Source of the DNA: a virus
Taxonomy: Duplodnaviria; Caudoviricetes
Length of the DNA stretch: 64,000 nucleotides
Strand: one strand, 5' to 3'
IMG/VR virus record: IMGVR_UViG_3300046786_000888
Coordinates: 1-64,000 of that record
The notes under the pieces: model-generated
Databases searched by the model: none
The model's input: the letters and a program-made list of their open reading frames with translations, nothing else
What the model was told of the DNA's origin: nothing
In this document: positions 1 to 9,188 of the stretch, one piece after another
Layout of the letters: the number at the start of each line of letters is the position of its first letter
How positions within the stretch are numbered: position 1 is the stretch's first letter
Translations under genes and position numbers: made by a program

Positions 1-1
1 T

Positions 2-481
2 GGAGGAGGCGAAGGTGCTACGTCAGCACAGACGACTGCCCCGGCGGCCGCGACTTCCCAGAGAGGAATGCAACCTGCTTGGGCAACCTCCACAAAACAA
101 CAACCGACAACGATTCAAAAAGCATCGGGAGGTTTTGTTGCGTCCACGGCGAATAAAGGAACCTATGTTGCGCCTTCGAGCACAGAAGCTCCTGCTGGCG
201 CTTTTGCAGCGTTTCAGCGAGTGGAGCAAAGGCAAGCTGCCCAGCCAGGAAGCACAGGTGTCTTAGCGGCAGCGAAAGGCGGCCAGACTGCTCAGGCGCA
301 ATCCACGCTGAGCCGCAACGAAGCGGCCGCATTGCTGTCAGCTCCTGGTAATAACGTCAAAGCTGCGGAATCTGCTTTAAAAGCCGCAGACAAAGGTCGG
401 GTTGAACTTAGCAACCAAGCTCGTCAGGTATTAGAACAGGCCGCTAATAAAAATGATGGCGGTAAAGGCAAGAAAAAGTAA
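2..481 (+). CDS. Ala/Gln/Thr-rich protein, 5'-truncated by the window edge
   Basis: Frame is open from position 2 (GGGEGATSAQTT...) through the listed 68..481 ORF; low complexity; basic tail GGKGKKK. Confidence 0.6.
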   Translation, partial: GGGEGATSAQTTAPAAATSQRGMQPAWATSTKQQPTTIQKASGGFVASTANKGTYVAPSSTEAPAGAFAAFQRVEQRQAAQPGSTGVLAAAKGGQTAQAQSTLSRNEAAALLSAPGNNVKAAESALKAADKGRVELSNQARQVLEQAANKNDGGKGKKK

Positions 482-484
482 AAT

Positions 485-1045
485 TTGGAACATCACAGCA
501 TAGTATTTAATAGTCATAACAAATCCTTAGCCCTGCCTATCGTCGCGGCTGACACGGCACATGCCCAAGGTCAAGCCCTCGATATAAGCAGGGCTTTAGA
601 TTGCGACAAATATCAAATAACTTACCTGAAATCCAGACCGACCCCCGTCTCAAACTTATTTGAACGGTTGGCACTAAATGAGTTCAATCAAAGAGATTGT
701 GCTGTGTGGGAGGGATCTATAACTAATGGAAGCCCCTGTTTCTATGCGCTAAGTAAACGCTATTACGTCAGAACTACGATACTTAAATATCTAGATATCC
801 CGAGGGACGGTGCCGTGCCCAAGCCACGGTGCGACAACCCTCTCTGTATAAACCCGTATCATTTTGAGTATCACAGTGAGAAAAATGCGAAACTAACCAG
901 CGGCGACATTCAAATGCTGCTAGCCTTCCATGGCCAAGGCGCTTCTGCTCGTCAGATCGCCAAGGCACTTAACGTAAACCGCTCAACGATCTACAGGAAG
1001 CTCAAGGATGAACGTATTCATTCTGGGATTGCGCGTCACCTCTGA
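485..1045 (+). CDS. His-Me-finger (Zn-loop)-like domain plus C-terminal helix-turn-helix; putative regulator
   Basis: RCDNPLCINPYHF Zn-loop; GASARQIAKALNVNRSTIYRKLK resolvase-type HTH; TTG start. Confidence 0.6.
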   Translation: MEHHSIVFNSHNKSLALPIVAADTAHAQGQALDISRALDCDKYQITYLKSRPTPVSNLFERLALNEFNQRDCAVWEGSITNGSPCFYALSKRYYVRTTILKYLDIPRDGAVPKPRCDNPLCINPYHFEYHSEKNAKLTSGDIQMLLAFHGQGASARQIAKALNVNRSTIYRKLKDERIHSGIARHL

Positions 1046-1652
1046 GGCGCAGATCGACGAAGAAACCCTCAACGTCTTGGCTGAGGCGCTGCCGTCAAAC
1101 GACAAGCGCATCGCAACCAAAGTCCAACTACTCCAAAAAAAAGACCACTACGTTGGCAAACTACTGGCTGGGCTCAAGAAAGACCAGACCGTTCTCGCTC
1201 TGGGTCCAACCCGAGCAACGGTCGACGGCGTGCTGCAAATGCAACCTATGCTGGTCGTCACTCAAGAAAACTTCGACGATCTGCTTGCCATGAATCTGTT
1301 CGTTGCTACGGGTGGCCTCGGCCCCAAGAGTGACGAAGCAGAAGTAGGAGACTCGACGGTGACAAACCGTTCGCTTGCATGGCAGTCTGAAGACAACGAG
1401 ACACAGTGGTTTAAAATAACGGCGTGGAATGAGCTCAGTAAGCAGCTTGCGGAGCTTGCGCCAGGTACACCCACTATCGCTGTGGGACGTGTCTCCACCT
1501 CCGAGAAAGACGACAAGAGCTATCTGAACTACAACCTTGACAAAGTTCTCTACCTTCCTAAATCCACTCGCAAAGCTCCGACTAAAGCCGCCGATCCCGA
1601 AAAAGGAAAAGTAGCTGCCGCTGCCCTTGGATCTATTGATTTCTCGCTCTGA
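1008..1652 (+). CDS. ssb: Single-stranded DNA-binding protein with two OB folds
   Basis: TQWFKITAWNELSKQLAELAPGTPTIAVGRV is the SSB signature; the N-terminal half repeats an MNxFIxG...LKKDQTVLALG pattern; C-terminal IDFSL tail. Confidence 0.7.
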   Translation: MNVFILGLRVTSEAQIDEETLNVLAEALPSNDKRIATKVQLLQKKDHYVGKLLAGLKKDQTVLALGPTRATVDGVLQMQPMLVVTQENFDDLLAMNLFVATGGLGPKSDEAEVGDSTVTNRSLAWQSEDNETQWFKITAWNELSKQLAELAPGTPTIAVGRVSTSEKDDKSYLNYNLDKVLYLPKSTRKAPTKAADPEKGKVAAAALGSIDFSL

Positions 1653-1672
1653 TCTCCTCCGCTAACTAACTG

Positions 1673-2458
1673 ATGTACATCGCTGGCGAATTTTCCGAAT
1701 CGGAAATCCTGTGCAACGTTCCTCCGCACACATTACGGATTGATCTCCAAGCTCGCCGTTGGAAATCCGACGTCGATCCTGACTCCGCCATCGTCGACCG
1801 AAACGACAACGGAATTCCCATTGAATTCATTTTGCTTGGGTTTAGTCCGTTCTATGGCAACCTTGGGATGCGCCAAGGCGAAGAGTTCCTTCGCATTGCC
1901 TACATCGGCGTGTCTCCCAAACATCGCCTGTTGCCTCCACGCTGCGTAACAACCAGCATCATCAGCGGCAAGTCTTCCCAGAAGAACTTCATCTCTTACT
2001 TCCAGAACCTGTACAACAACAGGATCAACGTAGGCACCGTGGTTACGACTACGAAATTCGAGACTCGCTCCTTCAACGAGCGCGATCCCATGACCGGTGC
2101 CGACGGTGCCAAGATCAACTACAACGCACTTTCGTTTGCCGATCGGCCGCCCCAAAACGAAGAGGAGGAGCAGCTGATCAAGGACATCGCCGACTGGCTC
2201 AAGAACGGCGGCGCCGAGTCTGCTAGCAACGTGCTGAAGTCTGTGATCCCTGGTGGTGATCTGGTGGAGCTGCCCCTCGGCGGAGACCACGCGGCAATCA
2301 AAGCTGCGTTTCAAGCTGCGCGTAGTCATCCGACTACCGAACAGCTTGCTTCCGCCGGTGATCCCAAAGCTCTGGCTGCGGCCGCCGAACCCCCCTCGGC
2401 AAAAAAGAAACTTGAGCTTACGGAAGAACAAGCCAAGAAGCTCGGTTTAGATTTCTGA
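1673..2458 (+). CDS. Hypothetical replication-module protein (possible ssDNA-binding/annealing)
   Basis: Directly after ssb; flexible C-terminus ending LDF; followed by a terminator. Confidence 0.4.
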   Translation: MYIAGEFSESEILCNVPPHTLRIDLQARRWKSDVDPDSAIVDRNDNGIPIEFILLGFSPFYGNLGMRQGEEFLRIAYIGVSPKHRLLPPRCVTTSIISGKSSQKNFISYFQNLYNNRINVGTVVTTTKFETRSFNERDPMTGADGAKINYNALSFADRPPQNEEEEQLIKDIADWLKNGGAESASNVLKSVIPGGDLVELPLGGDHAAIKAAFQAARSHPTTEQLASAGDPKALAAAAEPPSAKKKLELTEEQAKKLGLDF

Positions 2459-2485
2459 TCTAAACTGATCCAGAGCCAAGGTCTG

Positions 2486-2512
2486 AGCCTCCTACGCGGG
2501 GGCTTTTTTTTT
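2486..2512 (+). terminator. Rho-independent terminator
   Basis: AGCCTCC-TACGC-GGGGGCT stem followed by a T run. Confidence 0.8.
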
Positions 2513-2514
2513 AC

Positions 2515-2874
2515 ATGCTTTCTGACTACCGCTACAGAATTAAATACAAGAACCTGTGGATCGCAATCGTTATTCAAGATTATGGGTTTGCAGGTAATGT
2601 GGCTCTTAGCATCTGCAAAAGCAAGCGAGCCCAGAACGATTGGTTCTGCAACAGAAAGAACAAGAGGGCACGCAGAGCAGCTCGCATTCAGAACGTGAGC
2701 GACCTGAAATGCTGGGCAGCCTGCGCCCGTCTCATGCGTCTCGTTTTAGACTACACTTCACACCCTCTGTTTATCTACCCCGAAGACAGCACCCGTGACG
2801 TGCTGATGCGCTACGCAGAACGCTGGGGTTTTGAGAGGGGGTCAGACAACGTCTGGGTCCGCGTCTGCATCTAA
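2515..2874 (+). CDS. Hypothetical protein (weakly GNAT-like C-terminus)
   Basis: 119-aa ORF ending LMRYAERWGF; fold call is tentative. Confidence 0.45.
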   Translation: MLSDYRYRIKYKNLWIAIVIQDYGFAGNVALSICKSKRAQNDWFCNRKNKRARRAARIQNVSDLKCWAACARLMRLVLDYTSHPLFIYPEDSTRDVLMRYAERWGFERGSDNVWVRVCI

Positions 2875-3096
2875 AAGAGGCGACTCTCCGCCATACAGTT
2901 CGGTTAACGGCGGAAGTTCCACGCCGGTCCGAGCGCACCAGTTGACGAGCCTCGTAAACAACCCGCCCTTGATCAGGTATAGCCGATGTATATCCCCGAG
3001 GATCTTCACAAGCTCCTCTTTGGTTAGCTTGTCTGCGTCCCTGATGACCCGCTGGTGAAGGAAACTTTGTTCAGCAGTGAGCTCGAAGAGACGCAT
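2842..3096 (-). CDS. nblA: NblA-like phycobilisome degradation protein (copy 1)
   Basis: ELTAEQSFLHQRVIRDADKLTKEELVKILGDIHRLYLIKGGLFTRLV fits the NblA pattern LS/TxEQxF...xS/TxEQ/E; ATG at 3096 preferred. Confidence 0.65.
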   Translation of the reverse strand: MRLFELTAEQSFLHQRVIRDADKLTKEELVKILGDIHRLYLIKGGLFTRLVNWCARTGVELPPLTELYGGESPLLDADADPDVV

Positions 3097-3183
3097 GAGA
3101 CTCGGTGACCCTGCGTTAAGCCTAGGATCAAGGCACTGCAAACAGGATTAGAATTCATCTTTTCCTAACGTAATCAAATCACC

Positions 3184-3729
3184 ATGAGCACCAACTTCTA
3201 TCAAATCCCTCAAGGCATTGTTCATCAACTATCATCACGTCTCTCTTTGACTGGCAGGCTGTTGTTGCCCTGCGATCTAGAAGGACAACTGGCGGCTCAG
3301 TTCAACCAACAACAGTTGGACTGCGACAGCTACGAAAAAGGAGTCCATATCTTCGATCCACTTTGGTGGACCGCAAAACAAGGTGTATACGATTGGGTAA
3401 TCGCAAACACAACAGGATTAAAAGAAGAGACACACTACGTTCTAGACTACGGCATAAAAATAGCAAACGAAGGTGTGATTGTATTAGACCGCTTAAGCTT
3501 TCTAGAGCCCGTAGCTAAACGGCGCAAGTTGTTCCAAAACAGTAAGTTGTCTGACTTGATGATCTTCTCGCCACGGCCGCAGTTCAGCACTGTCAGCAAG
3601 TCGCGTGATTCTGTAACGTCCGCATGGTTTGTCTTCAGGCAACCGTGGAACTGGATGGATGGCACGAACATCGAGTTTCTTGTAGATTGGCAGTCAGTTC
3701 CGCCCCTCCCCTTAAATCAAAGTGCATAA
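3184..3729 (+). CDS. DNA adenine methyltransferase-like protein with degenerate catalytic motif
   Basis: LDRLSFLEPVAKRRKLF, IFSPRPQF and SAWFVF match a small phage MTase family; motif IV reads IANTTG instead of NPPY. Confidence 0.55.
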   Translation: MSTNFYQIPQGIVHQLSSRLSLTGRLLLPCDLEGQLAAQFNQQQLDCDSYEKGVHIFDPLWWTAKQGVYDWVIANTTGLKEETHYVLDYGIKIANEGVIVLDRLSFLEPVAKRRKLFQNSKLSDLMIFSPRPQFSTVSKSRDSVTSAWFVFRQPWNWMDGTNIEFLVDWQSVPPLPLNQSA

Positions 3730-4048
3730 AATCGAAAAACTTCACCGGGAACTGCTTGAAAAACTGACGGAGACAAACCGTGGTCTTGATCGGATCGCAT
3801 CATTACTCGTTTCAACCCAGCTACTCCAGGAATGCATTTCCCATGATGGCGAAGCAAGAGATGCAGAGACGTGCGCAGAAATTGTTACTGAGTCTTTTAA
3901 CGCAGGCCAATGCCTCCACGAGCAAATGATTGATGCTCAACGGGACTTCAAGTATCAAGTAGATGAGTTCTATATCGGTGGGGACGACAGTGACGAGGAA
4001 GACGAAGATGACGACGGACCCTCCCCGCAAATAGCTTTAAGGTTTTAA
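3722..4048 (+). CDS. Hypothetical protein with acidic C-terminus
   Basis: GTG start overlapping the upstream stop; DDSDEEDEDDD tail. Confidence 0.6.
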   Translation: MHKIEKLHRELLEKLTETNRGLDRIASLLVSTQLLQECISHDGEARDAETCAEIVTESFNAGQCLHEQMIDAQRDFKYQVDEFYIGGDDSDEEDEDDDGPSPQIALRF

Positions 4049-4110
4049 TTCAGCATCAACAGGTATAGAATACTCAAAGATTTAAGACGGAAATTCCCGT
4101 CTTCCTTAAC

Positions 4111-4896
4111 GTGTCTAATAGTACCAGACTCACGGTCAACGGTTTACGTCACTACCGTTGCGAAGGTGTAGATGTGCCTTTGCCTTCGGTGACATCTGTT
4201 TTATCCGCCACGCAGAGCGCCGAAACACAGCGTAAGCTAGCGCATTGGAATGCGTTAAATCCAGGGGTTGCTGACGCTGCAGCAGCTCGTGGGAGCTGGA
4301 TCCACGAGGCGGTAGAGAACCACATCAGGGGGATTACAGTAAACCCCAGAGAAGATCTTAAGCCTTATTGGAAGGACGTTCCAGAGAAAGTTGACGAATT
4401 GATTGGCAGCGGACGCGTCCTATGGAGTGAAAAACCCTACAACCAACCCGGTTGGTCCCGTTACGTCGGGGATGATGGAGTCGGACGCATACACTACTAC
4501 GACGCTCCAACAGGTCACGGCTGGGCGGGCTGCTGCGACATCATTTATAAAGACAGCAACGGCGAAATCATCCTGGGCGACTTCAAAACGTCCGTAGGGC
4601 CATACAGCGCGAAGTTCCCCTCAAGCAAAGCTGATATCCCAGAGAACTTAAAGAAAGCCCTAATCAGTGGAGTCTTTAAATTCAAGAAAACGAAACTCCA
4701 GCTTGCTGCCTATACAATCGCAGCCGAAAAATGCTTGGGTATTAAAATATCGAAAACCCAGATAATTGTATCTACTCCTATACCTGAATATAGCGTTCAG
4801 GTATTTAGTTTCGGAGAAAAAGATATAGAAAAAGACAAAGAAAACTGGTGGCAAATAGTGCGAAAATACTACGACACTCACGACGTAACAGGGTGA
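4111..4896 (+). CDS. PD-(D/E)XK exonuclease (Cas4/MGME1-like phage type)
   Basis: LPSVTSVLS, RGSWIHEAVE, AGCCDII, GDFKTS and QLAAY motifs. Confidence 0.85.
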   Translation: MSNSTRLTVNGLRHYRCEGVDVPLPSVTSVLSATQSAETQRKLAHWNALNPGVADAAAARGSWIHEAVENHIRGITVNPREDLKPYWKDVPEKVDELIGSGRVLWSEKPYNQPGWSRYVGDDGVGRIHYYDAPTGHGWAGCCDIIYKDSNGEIILGDFKTSVGPYSAKFPSSKADIPENLKKALISGVFKFKKTKLQLAAYTIAAEKCLGIKISKTQIIVSTPIPEYSVQVFSFGEKDIEKDKENWWQIVRKYYDTHDVTG

Positions 4897-4999
4897 GTCT
4901 CATCTAAGATGATCGAATCTAGAGAGATTCGGTTGTTACAGAGCAAACCATGCGTGTTGCGCTTTTCTGTGCCAGAATGTCCGGGCCACAAGGGGTCTC

Positions 5000-7765
5000 A
5001 TGGAATTTAGTTATTCGATCAACGACGAAGTTCGCGAATATCTAAATCCGAAGACCGGAAAGATAGCATCGGGCGGTAACTTTGCTGCCTTTAACGAAAA
5101 CTGGAAAGCATCCAGCAACTCGACGGAAGTCATCGCGAATCGAATTGCGGCAGGTGCCGGTCTGTGTGCAGCACAGCTGATTGAAGGCAGACGCAAAAGC
5201 GGAGACACCGGATTCATAAAAGCCGGTTTGGTTATCATCGATATCGATAATCAGGCAGACGGTAAAGACGAGAACGGAGAAAAGATAAAGGACATTCAGT
5301 TAACAGTTGAACAAGCACTTGAATTAGATATATGTAAGAAGTACCTATCGTTTGCGTATTATTCCCCGAGCAACACACCCGATTGGCCCAGGTTCCGTCT
5401 CGTTTTTGGACTCGAACGAGACATCGTACAACCGGATTTCTACCAGTGGTTTGTACGGCAAATCGCCGTACAGATTCCCGGCTCAGATAAGCGTGCGACA
5501 CAGACCGTCAACCTGTTCTACGGCGGTCGTGGCCCGCAGGATCTGATCTGTACAACGGACAAATTTATCCCTACCTGGCAGATCGATGAAGGAGCCCGAG
5601 TATTTTCCACGCTGCCGCAAGACGCTTCGCTTAAGCATGACGCTCACGAAGCACTGGATTGCCCCCTAGAGGCGGACGGATGCCAGCTTGATCTGTTGCT
5701 TAGCAAATCCGTCCAGAACATGCTGCACGGCGAGGCGGTCGAAGACCGGAGCCTAGCCATGGCAATCGGTCTCAAGGAAATCATCGGCTGGGCTAACTGG
5801 TGCAATGGCCATAACGTCACCCTGACGGAGGCCCCCCTTGACGTTGCGCACCGTCTGTTCTACTCTATCTACGAGTACGCCCCAGAGCTAGACGGCAAGT
5901 TCAACCGCATCCTGAACTCGATCGCAGACGCGACGAGCCTCCGACCAGCAGCGGCCATCGTGGCAGAAGATGCCGAAGTGGCGTGCTGGAAAAAAGTTAA
6001 ATACGCAAACCGTTCCGTATTCGCAGAGCAGTGTCCCGACTCCGTCAAGGATCGGATCAAAGCAAAAAAAGCACAACCAAAAAACTCTGTGCTTTCAATC
6101 GACGACTTCGATCTGACTAGCGAGCCGTCGCCCAAAACAACATCAACATCCACAAAAACACCCGACGAAGAGCCCATGGTCGCCACGCCGCAGACTCCTG
6201 CACAACTGATCAACCTGCAAAACAACGACCGTGCGTTCAGCGAGAACGACATTGCCGAAGTTATCTCCAGCAACTACGGCGATCAGTTCCTATATGACTC
6301 CTCCCTCGACGAATTCTTTAGCTACGACGATGAGGAAGGGATCTGGTTCTTGAGCGACGAACAGCATATCAAACGTCGTATTCTGAAAGCATTAGATACG
6401 TTTGTGCAGACCGGCATTCTGCAGCGCTACAACAGCGGAACCGTCAACAGCATTTTCCTGTTGCTGAAAGCCCGTCTGCTTCGCTCCATCAAGGGCGGAC
6501 GTAAGTCCATCTGGACTTCCAACCGAGGCAAGGTGGCATTCCGAAATGGCGTTCTGGACGTGGAGACCCTGGATTTTGCCGACGGTTTCCAGCGCGATCT
6601 GTACTTCCGCAGCCGCCTCGGTTTTGACTTCAGCGAAGACACCAACTGCCCGAAGTTCCTGAGCTGGCTGAGTTGGGCAGTAGGAAAAGATAACGTCGTC
6701 ATTATCCAGGCATTCTGTCGGGCTGTCCTTGTCGGTTACGCAACGGGCGAGCGCTTCCTCCACCTGATCGGTGCCGGTGGCTCCGGTAAATCCACGCTGC
6801 AACAGGTTTTGATTGCGCTGGCGGGCTACACGGGCACGCATACGTCCGACCTGGAGACGATCGAAACCAACCGATTCGAAGGGCACAGCTTGATCGGAAA
6901 GCGGCTCTTGCTACTGACCGACGAAGCTTCGTTTAGCCGCCGTCTGGACACTCTTAAAAAGCTGACGTCCGCCAGCGACACTCTGCGGGCCGAACGGAAG
7001 TACGGCAAGGAGGTGATCAACTTCAAGCCTGAGCTCCTCGTTTCAATCGCGTCGAACGAGCACATCAGCAGCTCGGACATCAGCAGCGGTTTGGAGCGGC
7101 GGCGCCTCACGATCGTGATGAACAACGTCATCAACCCCTCGAAGCGCAAGAACCTGATCAGCGTGTACCCGGATCATATCGAGGGTGAGTTCGCTCCCGA
7201 ACTGCCGAACATCGCCGCCTGGGCGCTAAGCATGGGACATGATCAGATGCGTGAAGTGCTGGCCAACCCGACCAAGTTCGCTCCCACGCTGAACACGACA
7301 AACATCGAAGCTTTGATCTTCAACAATCCGATCGTGGCTTGGCTGGCGGAGTGCACGATGTACGCACCAAACTCCTATACCGTTCTTGGTGCCGGTGCCC
7401 TTAAACCGAACATCGACGAGCAGGAGAAGGGTCTGTACGTTAAAAACGCATTCACAGAAGTTTATGCGAGCTACTGTAACTTCGCCAAGTGCAACGGTTT
7501 CAGGACGATTGCCAAGCCCCGCTTCGTGGACCGTCTGCGCGAGACAACAAACAACGTGTTGAAAGTACCCGGCGTGCAGTCTAAATTCATAAATGGCAAA
7601 GCTGTCATTCAAGGACTCGTAATCAAGCCCTATGATCCGACCACGGATCCGCGTAACCGGGGTGATAATCGACTGCCGTCACCGGTAGACTTTGCTGCAA
7701 ACCCCAACGTCTGGGACAAGGCGTTCACGGAACACGACCCAAAACCATCAAATGCCGATCAATAA
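5000..7765 (+). CDS. Primase-helicase (N-terminal prim-pol-like domain, D5-like domain, SF3 helicase)
   Basis: IIDIDN and YYSPS...PRFRLVF; VAFRNGVLDV; Walker A GAGGSGKST; Walker B LLLTDE; IASNE; ERRRL. Confidence 0.9.
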   Translation: MEFSYSINDEVREYLNPKTGKIASGGNFAAFNENWKASSNSTEVIANRIAAGAGLCAAQLIEGRRKSGDTGFIKAGLVIIDIDNQADGKDENGEKIKDIQLTVEQALELDICKKYLSFAYYSPSNTPDWPRFRLVFGLERDIVQPDFYQWFVRQIAVQIPGSDKRATQTVNLFYGGRGPQDLICTTDKFIPTWQIDEGARVFSTLPQDASLKHDAHEALDCPLEADGCQLDLLLSKSVQNMLHGEAVEDRSLAMAIGLKEIIGWANWCNGHNVTLTEAPLDVAHRLFYSIYEYAPELDGKFNRILNSIADATSLRPAAAIVAEDAEVACWKKVKYANRSVFAEQCPDSVKDRIKAKKAQPKNSVLSIDDFDLTSEPSPKTTSTSTKTPDEEPMVATPQTPAQLINLQNNDRAFSENDIAEVISSNYGDQFLYDSSLDEFFSYDDEEGIWFLSDEQHIKRRILKALDTFVQTGILQRYNSGTVNSIFLLLKARLLRSIKGGRKSIWTSNRGKVAFRNGVLDVETLDFADGFQRDLYFRSRLGFDFSEDTNCPKFLSWLSWAVGKDNVVIIQAFCRAVLVGYATGERFLHLIGAGGSGKSTLQQVLIALAGYTGTHTSDLETIETNRFEGHSLIGKRLLLLTDEASFSRRLDTLKKLTSASDTLRAERKYGKEVINFKPELLVSIASNEHISSSDISSGLERRRLTIVMNNVINPSKRKNLISVYPDHIEGEFAPELPNIAAWALSMGHDQMREVLANPTKFAPTLNTTNIEALIFNNPIVAWLAECTMYAPNSYTVLGAGALKPNIDEQEKGLYVKNAFTEVYASYCNFAKCNGFRTIAKPRFVDRLRETTNNVLKVPGVQSKFINGKAVIQGLVIKPYDPTTDPRNRGDNRLPSPVDFAANPNVWDKAFTEHDPKPSNADQ

Positions 7766-8369
7766 AACTCTGATTGCTACGTGCGCCGGCTTCGGTCTAG
7801 CAATCGGTTCAATCGCCATGCAGCCCGGAACGTTTCCTGTGTTCGGGGCTGCTGCCGGAGGCTCACTCGTCACCGCCAGTCTGATCAGCAGTAAAAAGGA
7901 TAAGGAAAAGGAAGAGACCGAACGAGCAACCAAAGTTTCAAAGGCACTGAGCTACTGCTACGAAAATTTCAAAGGGCTTGTATCTCCGCAGCAGCTGGCT
8001 TTCCATGCTGAGCTCGAATTTCCTCAGGCTGAAAAACTGCTGGAGAGTCTGGTAACGACTCAAAACGGAGGCCAGCGTGTGGACACTCCGATGGGTGTTA
8101 TCTATTCGTTCGATCATCCCGAGCAGATTTTGACCCAATTAACGCTGAACGCGAAGGCGTGGGCGGACAATCAAGCAGACGAAGTCATCAGGGAAAACGC
8201 AATCCTGAAACAGCAGATCCAAATGATGAGCGGCCAGATACAGACGCTTACTGCCGCCACGCAAGCGCGTAATTTTGTGCCGCGAGCGACGGAAGTAGCT
8301 AGGGAGCTATTTCAAAAAAACAACCAGTCGCCTCAAAATGTAGACGATCCTTGGAAAAACATGCTATAG
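7752..8369 (+). CDS. Membrane-anchored hypothetical protein with coiled coil
   Basis: Hydrophobic N-terminal hairpin from ATG 7752; coiled-coil C-terminus. Confidence 0.6.
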   Translation: MPINKTLIATCAGFGLAIGSIAMQPGTFPVFGAAAGGSLVTASLISSKKDKEKEETERATKVSKALSYCYENFKGLVSPQQLAFHAELEFPQAEKLLESLVTTQNGGQRVDTPMGVIYSFDHPEQILTQLTLNAKAWADNQADEVIRENAILKQQIQMMSGQIQTLTAATQARNFVPRATEVARELFQKNNQSPQNVDDPWKNML

Positions 8370-8384
8370 TTAAGAAACGCGCGA

Positions 8385-8427
8385 AGAAAGCCCCGGTCGT
8401 CCCCGTGAAGGATTACTGGGGCTTTCT
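8385..8427. terminator. Likely bidirectional terminator between convergent blocks
   Basis: AGAAAGCCCC ... GGGGCTTTCT inverted repeat at the plus/minus convergence point. Confidence 0.6.
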
Positions 8428-8435
8428 AATGGCTA

Positions 8436-8452
8436 GTAGTTGATCGGACTAA
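8436..8452 (-). repeat. Junction site S1 (gene orientation TTAGT-CCGATCA-ACTAC)
   Basis: 5-bp arms with 7-bp spacer; contains the TAG stop of 8449..9183. Confidence 0.6.
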
Positions 8453-9183
8453 TAGGGCAGTGGCAGGGCACGGACAGATAGCCAGTGTGTTGGCTGCTCA
8501 TTTAGAGCGCGTTCTGGTACAGCGTCATCTTCATGCGCCCAGTAGCCATAGGTGTCGCTAGGTACTTCTGGATACCACCACCAACACTTGCCTTCTATAT
8601 CGCAATCCCCCGGCCCCGGCAGGCGCTCGCTCACCGGCACCGGCTGCGGTGGGCTCAGGCGTTCCAGTAAGTCGGCGGCGCGAAGGCGCTCATCGGAAGT
8701 CAGGTGCCCACCTGCGCGCAATTCACTGACTTCTTCACGCAGCAATCGCGTAAGCTCCGCCACCTCGCCAGCGGCAGGGGAACGTGTAAGCCCGGCTTTC
8801 AAGTTGCCCGAACTATCTGGAGATCCCGGATGGTTGCCCCAGCGTGCGAGAACGGCGCGGGCGTACTCGGCAGCATCTCCGACTGACGTCATCCCCATAT
8901 CATCAGCCAACATAATGAGCTGTCGACTGGTTGGTTCCTTCGGCTCGGGCTCGGTTACCCATAACTCGCCACAGTCGCAGTGTTCAGGACCTTGCTGACA
9001 TGGGCCACCGCATTCTGCTATTTGCGACGGGCTGTAGATGCAGCGGTGTGGGGGCTCGGGCTCGGCCAGGGCGGCGCGGGCGCGGTCGATGTCAGCGCGG
9101 ATTGTCTCCTTTAGTTTGAAGGGCCAGTCGCACAACTCAAGGTCATCAACCAGCTCAGCGCACAGTTGTTTGTAGTCAGTCAT
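8449..9183 (-). CDS. Modular accessory phage protein
   Basis: Modules TDYKQLCAEL, RARAALAEPEP, LARWGNHPGSPDSS and PVPVSERLPGPGDCDIEGKCWW (DUF551-like end). Confidence 0.7.
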   Translation of the reverse strand: MTDYKQLCAELVDDLELCDWPFKLKETIRADIDRARAALAEPEPPHRCIYSPSQIAECGGPCQQGPEHCDCGELWVTEPEPKEPTSRQLIMLADDMGMTSVGDAAEYARAVLARWGNHPGSPDSSGNLKAGLTRSPAAGEVAELTRLLREEVSELRAGGHLTSDERLRAADLLERLSPPQPVPVSERLPGPGDCDIEGKCWWWYPEVPSDTYGYWAHEDDAVPERALNEQPTHWLSVRALPLPY

Positions 9184-9188
9184 GGTGG

